Shown piece by piece: positions 20,348-27,548 of a DNA stretch of 27,548 nucleotides. Position 1 is the first letter of the stretch, and every line of letters starts with the position of its first letter. The translations under genes and the position numbers were made by a program. Under the pieces are notes generated by a model, which saw nothing but the letters and a program-made list of their open reading frames with translations, searched no databases and had not been told where the DNA came from. Source of the stretch: Clostridia bacterium (GTDB lineage Bacteria > Bacillota > Clostridia > Oscillospirales > QAMX01); the NCBI GenBank assembly GCA_017547975.1, contig JAFYNU010000233.1:1-27548 (forward strand), written 5' to 3'.

Positions 20348-21052
20348 ATGATCATTGACATTCTCAATCAGGTTCTTACCGAAGCGGGGCTCCGTCCCGT
20401 GGAGGGGGAAACTGCCGATAAATTCAGAAAGTTTTCCACACTCCTGTGCGAAAAAAATAAGGTTTTAAACCTGACCGCCATTGAAGAACCCGACTTTATT
20501 GCAAAGCGCCACTTTGCCGATAGCATTATGCTCTTCAAGGAGGACATTCAGGGGGGCAAGCTCATCGACGTGGGCTGTGGCGGCGGCTTTCCGGGAATCC
20601 CGGTGAAGCTCTATGCCGATATGCTGGGAATTCCTCTGGATTGTACCCTGCTGGATTCCACGGCCAAAAAGATCGCCTTCGTCAACGAAGCGGTGGAATC
20701 CCTGTCGCTTTCGGGCATCCGGGGTGTTGCAGGCCGGGCGGAGGAGGAAATTCTCAAACTTGGACGGGAAAGCTTCGATATAGGCACCGCCCGGGCGGTT
20801 TCGGATATGCGTATTATTTCGGAACTGGTGCTTCCCTTCCTGAAGGTGGGGGGCGTGTTCTACGCATGGAAAACCGAAAAGGCCATTCCCGAGGTGGAGG
20901 AGGCAAAAAAGACGGTGGAGATCCTGGGCGCCCGTTATGCAGGCCGGGTGGAGTATTCCCCCTTCTTCCTGCAAAAGTGCGTGAAAAATGCCCATACGTC
21001 GGAAAAGTACCCTCGAAAATACGCACAAATTGTCAAGAAAAAGCTTGGCTGA
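20348..21052 (+). CDS. rsmG: 16S rRNA m7G527 methyltransferase RsmG (GidB)
   Basis: LNLTAI, RHFADS, IDVGCGGGFPG, LLDSTAKK, GRAEE, ARAV and KYPR; follows mnmG. Confidence 0.94.
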   Translation: MIIDILNQVLTEAGLRPVEGETADKFRKFSTLLCEKNKVLNLTAIEEPDFIAKRHFADSIMLFKEDIQGGKLIDVGCGGGFPGIPVKLYADMLGIPLDCTLLDSTAKKIAFVNEAVESLSLSGIRGVAGRAEEEILKLGRESFDIGTARAVSDMRIISELVLPFLKVGGVFYAWKTEKAIPEVEEAKKTVEILGARYAGRVEYSPFFLQKCVKNAHTSEKYPRKYAQIVKKKLG

Positions 21053-21065
21053 AAATAATTTATAA

Positions 21066-21118
21066 AAAACGGCATTCCTTCGACCGAATCGACTTGGATT
21101 CGGCAGGAATGCCGTTTT
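21066..21118. terminator. Two-tier hairpin, probable terminator between rsmG and noc
   Basis: 14-bp perfect stem AAAACGGCATTCCT/AGGAATGCCGTTTT plus inner 7-bp stem CCGAATC/GATTCGG; only a weak U-tail. Confidence 0.55.
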
Positions 21119-21153
21119 ATCATATAGGGGACGAAGAAAGGGAGTGATACCGT

Positions 21154-21966
21154 ATGTATGAAAAACAACCCAAAATCCGCCTGATCGCCCAGGAACGGAT
21201 TTTTTCCTCCCACCATCAACCCCGGAAGCTGTTTGATGAAAATGCCCTGGATGAGCTTGCCAAAAGCATTGATACCATGGGCCTTTTACAACCCATTACG
21301 GTGCGGAAAATTGGCGGCAGATTTGAAATTGTTGCCGGGGAACGGCGCTACCGGGCCTGTCTGCGGGCGGGACTCCAGGAAATTCCCTGCATTGTGGTGG
21401 AAGCCGATCACCGGAGGGCGGAACTTCTTGCCCTCACCGAAAACCTCCAGCGACGGGATCTGGATTGTTTTGAAGTGGCGGCGGGACTTGGACGGATGAT
21501 TGAGGAATACGGCCTGACCCAGGAGGAATGCGCCCGCTACCTGGGGAAAAGTCAGTCGGCCATTGCCAATAAACTGCGGCTTTTGAAGCTGGACAAAAAG
21601 ATAATTGCCGAGATTCGCCGCCTTGGACTCACCGAACGGCATGCCAGGGCTTTGCTGCGGCTTTCCAGCGTGGCCGAAATGAAATACGCCGTTGCCCGTA
21701 TGGCCTCCGAGGGGATGAGCGTCAGCCAGGCCGAAGCATTGGTGGAAGCCATGGGGGAAGCGATAAAGCGGCAGCATGCCACCCCTGCCGAGCGTCACCG
21801 GGTCTACGTGGTGAAGGATATCCGCCTCTTTTTCAACAGTGTCACCAAGGCTGTGGATACCATGCGCCTGGCGGGAATCCCGGCGGAGGTGGAGCGCAGT
21901 GAGGAGCCGGACAACCTGGTTTTGACGGTCAGAATTCCCAAAAGGGTCCGTGGAGAGGCCATATAA
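21154..21966 (+). CDS. noc: ParB-family CTPase, Noc-like (nucleoid occlusion)
   Basis: QPRKLFD, GLLQPITVR, CTP motif GERRYRA, HTH LTQEECARYLGKSQSAIANKLRLL and Noc-type C-terminus KDIRLFFNSVTKAVDTMRLAGI; sits directly after rsmG. Confidence 0.75.
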   Translation: MYEKQPKIRLIAQERIFSSHHQPRKLFDENALDELAKSIDTMGLLQPITVRKIGGRFEIVAGERRYRACLRAGLQEIPCIVVEADHRRAELLALTENLQRRDLDCFEVAAGLGRMIEEYGLTQEECARYLGKSQSAIANKLRLLKLDKKIIAEIRRLGLTERHARALLRLSSVAEMKYAVARMASEGMSVSQAEALVEAMGEAIKRQHATPAERHRVYVVKDIRLFFNSVTKAVDTMRLAGIPAEVERSEEPDNLVLTVRIPKRVRGEAI

Positions 21967-21976
21967 AGCCCGGAAG

Positions 21977-22005
21977 TTGACAAAGGGAAAGAAATGATAT
22001 ATACT
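21977..22005 (+). promoter_or_regulatory. SigA-type promoter of the lipoprotein gene
   Basis: TTGACA (21977-21982), 17 bp, TATACT (22000-22005). It overlaps the ORF-track start at 21994, so that start is too long. Confidence 0.75.
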
Positions 22006-22044
22006 CCTTTGAAAGGAACAAATCCTTCAAGGGGGGCGAATAGG

Positions 22045-22617
22045 GTGAAAAGAAAGCCTGTTTCTATGCTTGGCAGATGGCGCTTGCTTGTCATTTTGAT
22101 CTGCTTTATGATCCCGCTTTTTTCGGGGTGCGAAAAAGAAAGTGTCGTTATGCCCAGGGAGAAACTGGAATATATTCTTCACTCGTATGCAAGAAATGGC
22201 TCGCTGAAGAGCCCGTCTGATACGGGGGAGCAACCGGAAGGAAACCACCCCTTCGATAATTGCTTTGTTTTCACATCCTTCACCCAAATGAATGCAACCG
22301 AAGGTGCCCATTTTCCGGTATGGACCGAAGAAGGAGAATCACTTTTGAGGGATATTTACCACGTTCCCTTTTTTAGGACACATGATCTTTTGGTTTTGTG
22401 TTGCAGTCATGCTACCACCCCGGCAAAATATAGAGTGGATGATATTCTTTATAACGAGGCGACCGGAAAGTACGATCTTTATATTACGCAAACTTTTTTG
22501 GGAGAGAGCGAAGCCATGAGTTACTACGCTCTTGCCATTGAAGTAGAAAAGGGGATGTTTCCCGAAGGGACCGAGCCCTATTTCCCGGAGATCGTGTATA
22601 CCCCCTACAGAGGATAG
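22045..22617 (+). CDS. Putative lipoprotein of unknown function
   Basis: GTG start 8 nt after a GGGGGG RBS; basic N-terminus, hydrophobic stretch LLVILICFMIPL and lipobox-like LFSG|C. Confidence 0.7.
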   Translation: MKRKPVSMLGRWRLLVILICFMIPLFSGCEKESVVMPREKLEYILHSYARNGSLKSPSDTGEQPEGNHPFDNCFVFTSFTQMNATEGAHFPVWTEEGESLLRDIYHVPFFRTHDLLVLCCSHATTPAKYRVDDILYNEATGKYDLYITQTFLGESEAMSYYALAIEVEKGMFPEGTEPYFPEIVYTPYRG

Positions 22618-22652
22618 TACCTGCCTCAATCTTACACAAATATATACAAAAA

Positions 22653-22683
22653 CGGAGCGTATCACGTGGCGTGATACGCTCCG
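22653..22683. terminator. Bidirectional terminator between the convergent lipoprotein and URO-D-like genes
   Basis: Perfect 14-bp IR CGGAGCGTATCACG-tgg-CGTGATACGCTCCG, flanked by A5 on the left and a T-rich tract on the right. Confidence 0.8.
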
Positions 22684-22706
22684 AATATTTTTGATTATTT
22701 TTTAGG

Positions 22707-23939
22707 TCAGGGCTTCCAGTATTCGCTGATGCATTCCCGGGCGATCTGGACGTAGCGGCGTCCCCGCTCAAAGTCCCCAAAAATGGTGCCTACCTCCCGC
22801 TGGGCCATTTCAAACAGGCATCCGCTGGCCGATTCACAGACCATCTTGAAGTAGGCCCGCAGGGCTTCCTCGTCCATGGGACCGGGGTTGGTGACAAATT
22901 CTGCCCGGGGCTTGCTGTAATAGACCACGTTGCTTCCCCGCAGATATTCCCCGATCTGGGGCTCGTTGTTGAAGGGGGATACCGAAAGCTTGCGAAGGTT
23001 TTTCCATTTGGAAAGGTAGCCTTCCCACAGGGCGTCCACCCGCTCGCAGCAGCCGTAGGAGAGAAGGCCGTAGCGCTTCACCAGCCGGTCCAGATAGGGG
23101 TACACGAATTCCCCGTAGGTCTCCACCGAAACGGCGGTGGTCTCCTGGGATTCCAGGAAGCCCCAGCACTGGGTGGTCTTTTCTACCTTGTCGGTGGGGA
23201 GTTCGGAGTTGAAGGCAAAGCTTTCCTGGGCGATGGGGCTGATGCCGCAGGTGGGCAGAAGCAGTCCTTCCTTTTCCAGGAAGTCGTAGTATTCTTCGTA
23301 AACCCGGGTGGCCATATCCATGACCTCGTGGAGCTCATCCGGGTAGTCGTACATGGCAAAGTAGTAGTTTTCCATGCCCATCAGGCCCACCAGGGGGTTG
23401 GTGATGGCGCCGGTCAGGCTGGGCATGACCATGCGGCTGGGCAGAATATCCCCGATCATTTCGTCGGCAAAGGCCCGGCGGCGCAGGGTCTTTTCCCGGT
23501 CGATGCCAAAACTGCCGCCCCGGAGCTTGTCAATCTCGCTTCCCAGGTCCTCCACCACCGGATCGATGTGGAAGCCAATGGAGTTTTCGGCGTGGGTGAC
23601 CTTGTTTTTGATGCCGAAGGGGGACGCCCAGGTGTTCCAGGTCAGGTCGAAGGTGGGGGAAATGGGGGTATCGTCATCAAAAAGTTCCCGTCCCACCAGG
23701 GTGGAAAGCAGAAGGAACTCGATTTCCCGAGCCTCGGCCCCCTCACATTGCAGACGGGTGGTGATGACTTCGTTGTAGAAGTTGGAATAAAGCAGGCGTA
23801 CCGTGGGAGCTTCCCGGCGGCCCTGGGCAAGGGCTTCCCATTGCTTCATAATTTCCGTATTACGGGGGGAGGCGGCGTATTCCAGCTGCTTTGCGGCAAG
23901 ACGGCGTAAAATCTCACGGTCTTTGGCGTATGATGGCAT
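22707..23939 (-). CDS. URO-D/cobalamin-independent methyltransferase-like TIM-barrel protein of unknown function
   Basis: Start set at MPSY (AAAGGA 8 nt upstream; own promoter). LMGMENYYFAMYDYPDELHEVM, ESQETTAVS..YGEFVYPY, SYGCCE and LRKLSVSP resemble the URO-D-like superfamily. The family call is from recall, not a search. Confidence 0.6.
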   Translation of the reverse strand: MPSYAKDREILRRLAAKQLEYAASPRNTEIMKQWEALAQGRREAPTVRLLYSNFYNEVITTRLQCEGAEAREIEFLLLSTLVGRELFDDDTPISPTFDLTWNTWASPFGIKNKVTHAENSIGFHIDPVVEDLGSEIDKLRGGSFGIDREKTLRRRAFADEMIGDILPSRMVMPSLTGAITNPLVGLMGMENYYFAMYDYPDELHEVMDMATRVYEEYYDFLEKEGLLLPTCGISPIAQESFAFNSELPTDKVEKTTQCWGFLESQETTAVSVETYGEFVYPYLDRLVKRYGLLSYGCCERVDALWEGYLSKWKNLRKLSVSPFNNEPQIGEYLRGSNVVYYSKPRAEFVTNPGPMDEEALRAYFKMVCESASGCLFEMAQREVGTIFGDFERGRRYVQIARECISEYWKP

Positions 23940-24021
23940 ATTCTTCATCCTTTCCTGTTCCAAACGTCGGCAGGACGCTGAAAGATCGGTATTTTTGGTA
24001 GATAAAGAGCTCGATAAATTA

Positions 24022-24050
24022 ATAGTATCACGGCTTGTGCCCCCTGTCAA
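24022..24050 (-). promoter_or_regulatory. SigA-type promoter of the URO-D-like gene
   Basis: Minus strand: TTGACA, 17 bp, TGa-TACTAT. Confidence 0.75.
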
Positions 24051-24133
24051 GGGGACTTTCTTCTGCCAAAAGAGCAGAAAAAGAAAAATGACGGGAAATC
24101 GAACGAAAAAACACAATAATTGCAGAAACCCGG

Positions 24134-24162
24134 TTGACAATTCCTCCTGAAAGTGGTACACT
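24134..24162 (+). promoter_or_regulatory. SigA-type promoter of the ABC exporter operon
   Basis: TTGACA (24134-24139), 17 bp, TGg-TACACT (24157-24162). Confidence 0.8.
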
Positions 24163-24228
24163 GTTGACCCTTTCCCTCTTTGCGGGGGAGGGGTAAAAGC
24201 ATACGATATACAAAGGAGGGAAGAACGC

Positions 24229-25203
24229 ATGATCGAACTCAAAGGCATTTCCAAAACCTTCAGGGTGGCCAAGCGTAACGCCGGCATGACCGAGGCGGTA
24301 AAGGCTCTGTTTCACCGGGAGTACACCCTGATTCCGGCGCTGAAGGAAGTTTCCTTCAAGATCGACGAGGGAGAAATGGTGGGCTACATTGGGCCAAACG
24401 GAGCCGGTAAAAGCAGTACCGTGAAGGTGATGAGCGGGATACTCACCCCCGACGCGGGCAGTTGTATCATTGATGGCCGTACCCCATGGAAGGAGCGGAC
24501 CGAGCACGTCCGAAATATCGGGGTAGTATTTGGCCAGCGGTCCCAGTTATGGTGGGACGTGCCGGTGATCGACAGCTTTGAACTCATCCGGGATATTTAC
24601 CGGGTGAATGGGCCAAGCTATCAGGCAACCCTGAAACGGCTTCTGGAGGAGCTGGATATCGGGGAAATCGTCAGGACCCCCGCCCGGCAGCTGTCGCTGG
24701 GACAGCGGATGCGCTGCGAAATTGCGGCTTCCCTGCTCCACGATCCCAAAATCCTCTTTCTGGACGAGCCCACCATTGGGTTGGATGCGGTGTCCAAAAT
24801 CGCAGTACGAAACTTTATCAAAACCCTCAACAAAGAGAGGGGCACCACAGTGATCCTCACCACCCATGATATGTCGGATATTGAAGCCCTGACCGAGCGG
24901 ATTTTGCTGATTGGCAAGGGACAGATCCTGCTGGATGGGTCTCTGACCGAACTGAAAAACCGCCATTCCAAGCTCCGCCGTCTGACGGTGGATTATGCCG
25001 GGGGATCCCTTCCCGCAATCCCTGGGGTAAAATTGGAGGGGGATCTTTCGGGGCACGCCACCCTGTCGGTGGATACGGGTGTCCTTTCGGTGTCGGAAGC
25101 CATTTCCAAGCTCTCCTCGGCGGTGGAGGTTACCGACCTTGCGGTGGAAAGCCAACGGGTGGAGGACGTGGTGGTTTCGCTTTACAAGGAGTTTGCCATA
25201 TGA
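24229..25203 (+). CDS. ABC-2-type exporter ATP-binding subunit
   Basis: Walker A GPNGAGKS, Q-loop GVVFGQRSQLWWD, signature LSLGQ, Walker B ILFLDEP and H-loop TTHDM; GGAGG RBS. Confidence 0.93.
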   Translation: MIELKGISKTFRVAKRNAGMTEAVKALFHREYTLIPALKEVSFKIDEGEMVGYIGPNGAGKSSTVKVMSGILTPDAGSCIIDGRTPWKERTEHVRNIGVVFGQRSQLWWDVPVIDSFELIRDIYRVNGPSYQATLKRLLEELDIGEIVRTPARQLSLGQRMRCEIAASLLHDPKILFLDEPTIGLDAVSKIAVRNFIKTLNKERGTTVILTTHDMSDIEALTERILLIGKGQILLDGSLTELKNRHSKLRRLTVDYAGGSLPAIPGVKLEGDLSGHATLSVDTGVLSVSEAISKLSSAVEVTDLAVESQRVEDVVVSLYKEFAI

Positions 25204-26003
25204 GGAAGTATCTCTCCTTTTTCAGGATTCGCTTCCTTTCGGGGCTCCAATACCGGGCGGCGGCCTGGGCCGGGGTATCCACCCAATTTGCCTGGGGAGG
25301 CATGAGCATTCTGATGTACCGGGCATTTTACAGGGTCAACGCAGAGGCGTTTCCCATGGAATTCGCCGATCTGACCACCTACATCTGGCTCCAGCAGGCC
25401 CTTTTGGCCATGTTCATGGCCTGGTATTTCGATAACGATATTTTCGACAGCATTTCTTCCGGCGCCATTGCCTACGAACTTTGCCGCCCCTGTGACCTCT
25501 ATACCATGTGGTTCACAAAAAACGTGGCGGTCAGGCTATCCCGGGTGGTACTCCGTTGCTTTCCCATTCTCCTGGTGGCGGTATTCCTGCCCAGACCCTA
25601 TGGGGTGAGCCTGCCGGAATCGGTGGCCGCAGGTCTTTTGTTTCCCCTGTCGCTGATTCTGGGGTTTCTGGTGCTGGTGGCCTTTTCCATGCTGATTTAC
25701 ATATCGGCGTTTTACACCATCTCCTCCACGGGGGTCCGGATTCTGGCCACCTCGGCGGTGGAATTTCTCACCGGTGGGGTGATCCCCCTCCCCTTTTTCC
25801 CGGGCTGGCTTCAACCCATCATGAATGCCCTCCCCTTTGCCTCCATGCAAAACACTCCCTTCCTCATTTACACCGGCCACGTGAATGGTCAGGAGGCCAT
25901 GCGGGCCATTTTGCTGCAGGCGGTATGGCTGGTAGTATTGGTGGGAGTCGGCAAGATCTGGATCCGCCATGCCACCCGGCGGGTGGTCCTGCAGGGAGGT
26001 TGA
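25200..26003 (+). CDS. ABC-2-type exporter permease (DUF990-like)
   Basis: Several hydrophobic helices, SGAIAYELCRP and G..IPL.FFP.WLQ motifs; ATGA overlap with the ATPase. Confidence 0.85.
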   Translation: MRKYLSFFRIRFLSGLQYRAAAWAGVSTQFAWGGMSILMYRAFYRVNAEAFPMEFADLTTYIWLQQALLAMFMAWYFDNDIFDSISSGAIAYELCRPCDLYTMWFTKNVAVRLSRVVLRCFPILLVAVFLPRPYGVSLPESVAAGLLFPLSLILGFLVLVAFSMLIYISAFYTISSTGVRILATSAVEFLTGGVIPLPFFPGWLQPIMNALPFASMQNTPFLIYTGHVNGQEAMRAILLQAVWLVVLVGVGKIWIRHATRRVVLQGG

Positions 26004-26007
26004 TGTT

Positions 26008-26784
26008 ATGAAGCTTTATTTCAAGTATATCGGCATGATTTTCCGGTGCCGGATGCAGTACAAATCCTCCTTCTTTATGACCACCCTTGGCCAATTCCTG
26101 GTATCCTTCACCACCTTTATCGGCATGTATTTCATGTTCGACCGGTTTGGTGCGGTGGACGGCTTTACCATGGAAGAGGTGATGATCTGCTTTGCGGTGG
26201 TACTCACCGCCTTCTCCCTGGCGGAATGTTTCGTGCGGGGGTTTGACGTCTTTCCCCGGTTGATCCGAAGCGGGGAGCTGGACCGGATCCTGGTGCGTCC
26301 CCGAAGTGTGGCATTCCAGGTATTATCCTCCAATATGGAATTTTCCAGGGTTGGCCGCCTGCTCCAGGCGGTGGTTATGTTGGTCTACGCCATTCCCCGG
26401 TGCGGGGTGGATTGGACCCCCGACAAGATCCTGACCCTGGTTTTGATGATGCTTGGGGGCGTGATGCTCTTTTCCGCCCTTTTTGTGCTCTACGCCGGCA
26501 TCAGCTTTTTCACCATCGAAGGGCTGGAATTCATGAACATCTTCACCGATGGCAGCCGGGAATTCGGTAAATACCCCCTTTCGGTTTATGGGGAGGGTGT
26601 TCTGAAATTCATGACCTACGTGATCCCCTTTGCCCTGGTGCAGTATTACCCTTTCCTCTACCTGGTGGGAAGGAGTGACCGGGTGTGGTATATGCTTCTG
26701 CCCCTGGCGGCGGGACTCTTTCTGATTCCCTGTGCCATCTTCTTTTGGGTGGGGCTTCGGAAATACCAGTCCACCGGGTCGTAA
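26008..26784 (+). CDS. ABC-2-type exporter permease (second subunit, DUF990-like)
   Basis: Start MKLYFKY after GGAGG; SGELDRILVRP and FGKYPLSVY; multiple TM helices; C-terminal KYQSTGS. Confidence 0.85.
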   Translation: MKLYFKYIGMIFRCRMQYKSSFFMTTLGQFLVSFTTFIGMYFMFDRFGAVDGFTMEEVMICFAVVLTAFSLAECFVRGFDVFPRLIRSGELDRILVRPRSVAFQVLSSNMEFSRVGRLLQAVVMLVYAIPRCGVDWTPDKILTLVLMMLGGVMLFSALFVLYAGISFFTIEGLEFMNIFTDGSREFGKYPLSVYGEGVLKFMTYVIPFALVQYYPFLYLVGRSDRVWYMLLPLAAGLFLIPCAIFFWVGLRKYQSTGS

Positions 26785-26793
26785 AGTAACAAC

Positions 26794-26837
26794 AAAAAGG
26801 ACTCTGCTAAGGTGAAAATCCCGAAGCAGAGTCTTTT
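26794..26837. terminator. Bidirectional terminator between the ABC operon and thiT
   Basis: AAAAAG-GACTCTGCT (26800-26808) ... AGCAGAGTC (26825-26833)-TTTT between convergent stop codons. Confidence 0.7.
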
Positions 26838-26844
26838 GCGTTCT

Positions 26845-27408
26845 TTATTTCTTTGCCAGTTTCATCACAGAGGGGGTGAGCATCAGCATCAGAACCACCG
26901 TAATGATCAGTTCGCCGGCCATGTAGCCGCCGTTATAGAGGAAGGAATAGAGCCACACGGGGGTTCCTTCCGGTGCGTAGACGCCCCAGATCAGGATGCC
27001 GCTGGCAAAGTGGCAGAGGAAGCGGAGAACCACCGCCGCGGCCCCGGCCAGGGTAGCCGACAGGGCGGGCTTGAGCTTGCCGAAGGGCTTCCGGAACAGG
27101 TCCGCAAGACCCAGTCCGCCGAAGGCCACCACGTAGTCCAGCATGATCACCAGGAAAAAGGCCCAGACGGTGTTGGCGGGAGGCGGGTAGAAGCCCAGCA
27201 TCATCTGGATCAGGCTGTAGGCAATCGATCCGATCAAGCCCCATTTGGTGCCGAAAAGCAGGGCAAAGAGGATGATGGGAACCATGCTCCCCAGGGTGAT
27301 GGACCCGCCGTAGCTCCAGGCAGGAAGCGGGAGCTTCAGGAAGGAGAGGATGGTGGCAAGGGCCACCAGGACGGCGCCGGTGCAAAGCGCCTTCAGGTTG
27401 GTTTTCAT
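26845..27408 (-). CDS. thiT: ECF transporter S component for thiamine (ThiT/YuaJ)
   Basis: GGSITLGSMVPI, LDYVVAFGGLGLA, LRFLCHFASG..IWG.YAPEG and SFLYNGGY; lies under a TPP riboswitch. Confidence 0.9.
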   Translation of the reverse strand: MKTNLKALCTGAVLVALATILSFLKLPLPAWSYGGSITLGSMVPIILFALLFGTKWGLIGSIAYSLIQMMLGFYPPPANTVWAFFLVIMLDYVVAFGGLGLADLFRKPFGKLKPALSATLAGAAAVVLRFLCHFASGILIWGVYAPEGTPVWLYSFLYNGGYMAGELIITVVLMLMLTPSVMKLAKK

Positions 27409-27452
27409 GAAAGAAAAACCCCTTTCAAAATGAGCTTGCCGGCAATGTCCCG

Positions 27453-27492
27453 AAAATAAAAACCGCAGAGTCTGCGAAAAAGACTCTGCGGT
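27453..27492 (-). terminator. Riboswitch-controlled attenuator upstream of thiT
   Basis: Minus strand: ACCGCAGAGTCT-loop7-AGACTCTGCGGT (12 bp perfect), then TTTTTATTTT. Confidence 0.85.
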
Positions 27493-27509
27493 AAAAATCG
27501 GAGCGTTTC

Positions 27510-27548
27510 TGTACCGTTTCCTACGCCGGTATTATCCGGATCAGGTCA
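27510..27548 (-). ncRNA. TPP riboswitch aptamer, 3' half (5' half beyond the window edge)
   Basis: Minus strand TGACCTGATCCGGATAATACCGGCGTAGGAA matches the P4/P5 consensus ACCTGATcngg-TAAT-ccnGCGnAGGga; upstream of a terminator and thiT. Confidence 0.9.

Noticed and set aside
20940-21052. RsmG C-terminus looks a few residues short before KYPR
   Set aside because: The frame is intact and the SAM motifs are present; it cannot be called a lesion without an alignment.
22659-22674. TATCACGTGG resembling a parS core
   Set aside because: Only about 10 of 16 positions match TGTTTCACGTGGAACA, and it is part of a terminator stem.

Overview
This is the chromosomal replication-origin region of a spore-forming Clostridia bacterium (Oscillospirales-like; inferred from the proteins, not searched). 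The core is the usual divergent layout. Leftward (minus strand): dnaA-[oriC]-dnaN-recF-remB(DUF370)-gyrB-gyrA, extended here by rnhA, an M16 peptidase and a YfbR-like nucleotidase. Rightward (plus strand): rpmH-rnpA-yidD-yidC-jag-mnmE-mnmG-rsmG-noc. The left flank holds a partial spoIID (missed by the ORF track because it runs off the edge) and a citrate synthase-nth operon. The right flank holds a lipoprotein, a URO-D-like protein of unknown function, a three-gene ABC exporter and thiT under a partial TPP riboswitch. I saw no mobile element, CRISPR array, tRNA or rRNA. Most of the window is ordinary housekeeping, and I cannot support a wholly new multi-gene system. The most unusual signal is non-coding: a second dense DnaA-box cluster at 2991-3175, about 9.5 kb from oriC. 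It holds the only perfect TTATCCACA I found in the intergenic regions, lacks DnaA-trios, and shares an 11-bp Spo0A-box-containing word with the oriC edge, while the region upstream of dnaA lacks good boxes. Other leads: non-canonical DnaA and gyrase residues, a hairpin that may bridge a distant SD to yidC, local absence of yaaA and soj-spo0J, and a shared stem core in the two hairpins flanking thiT.
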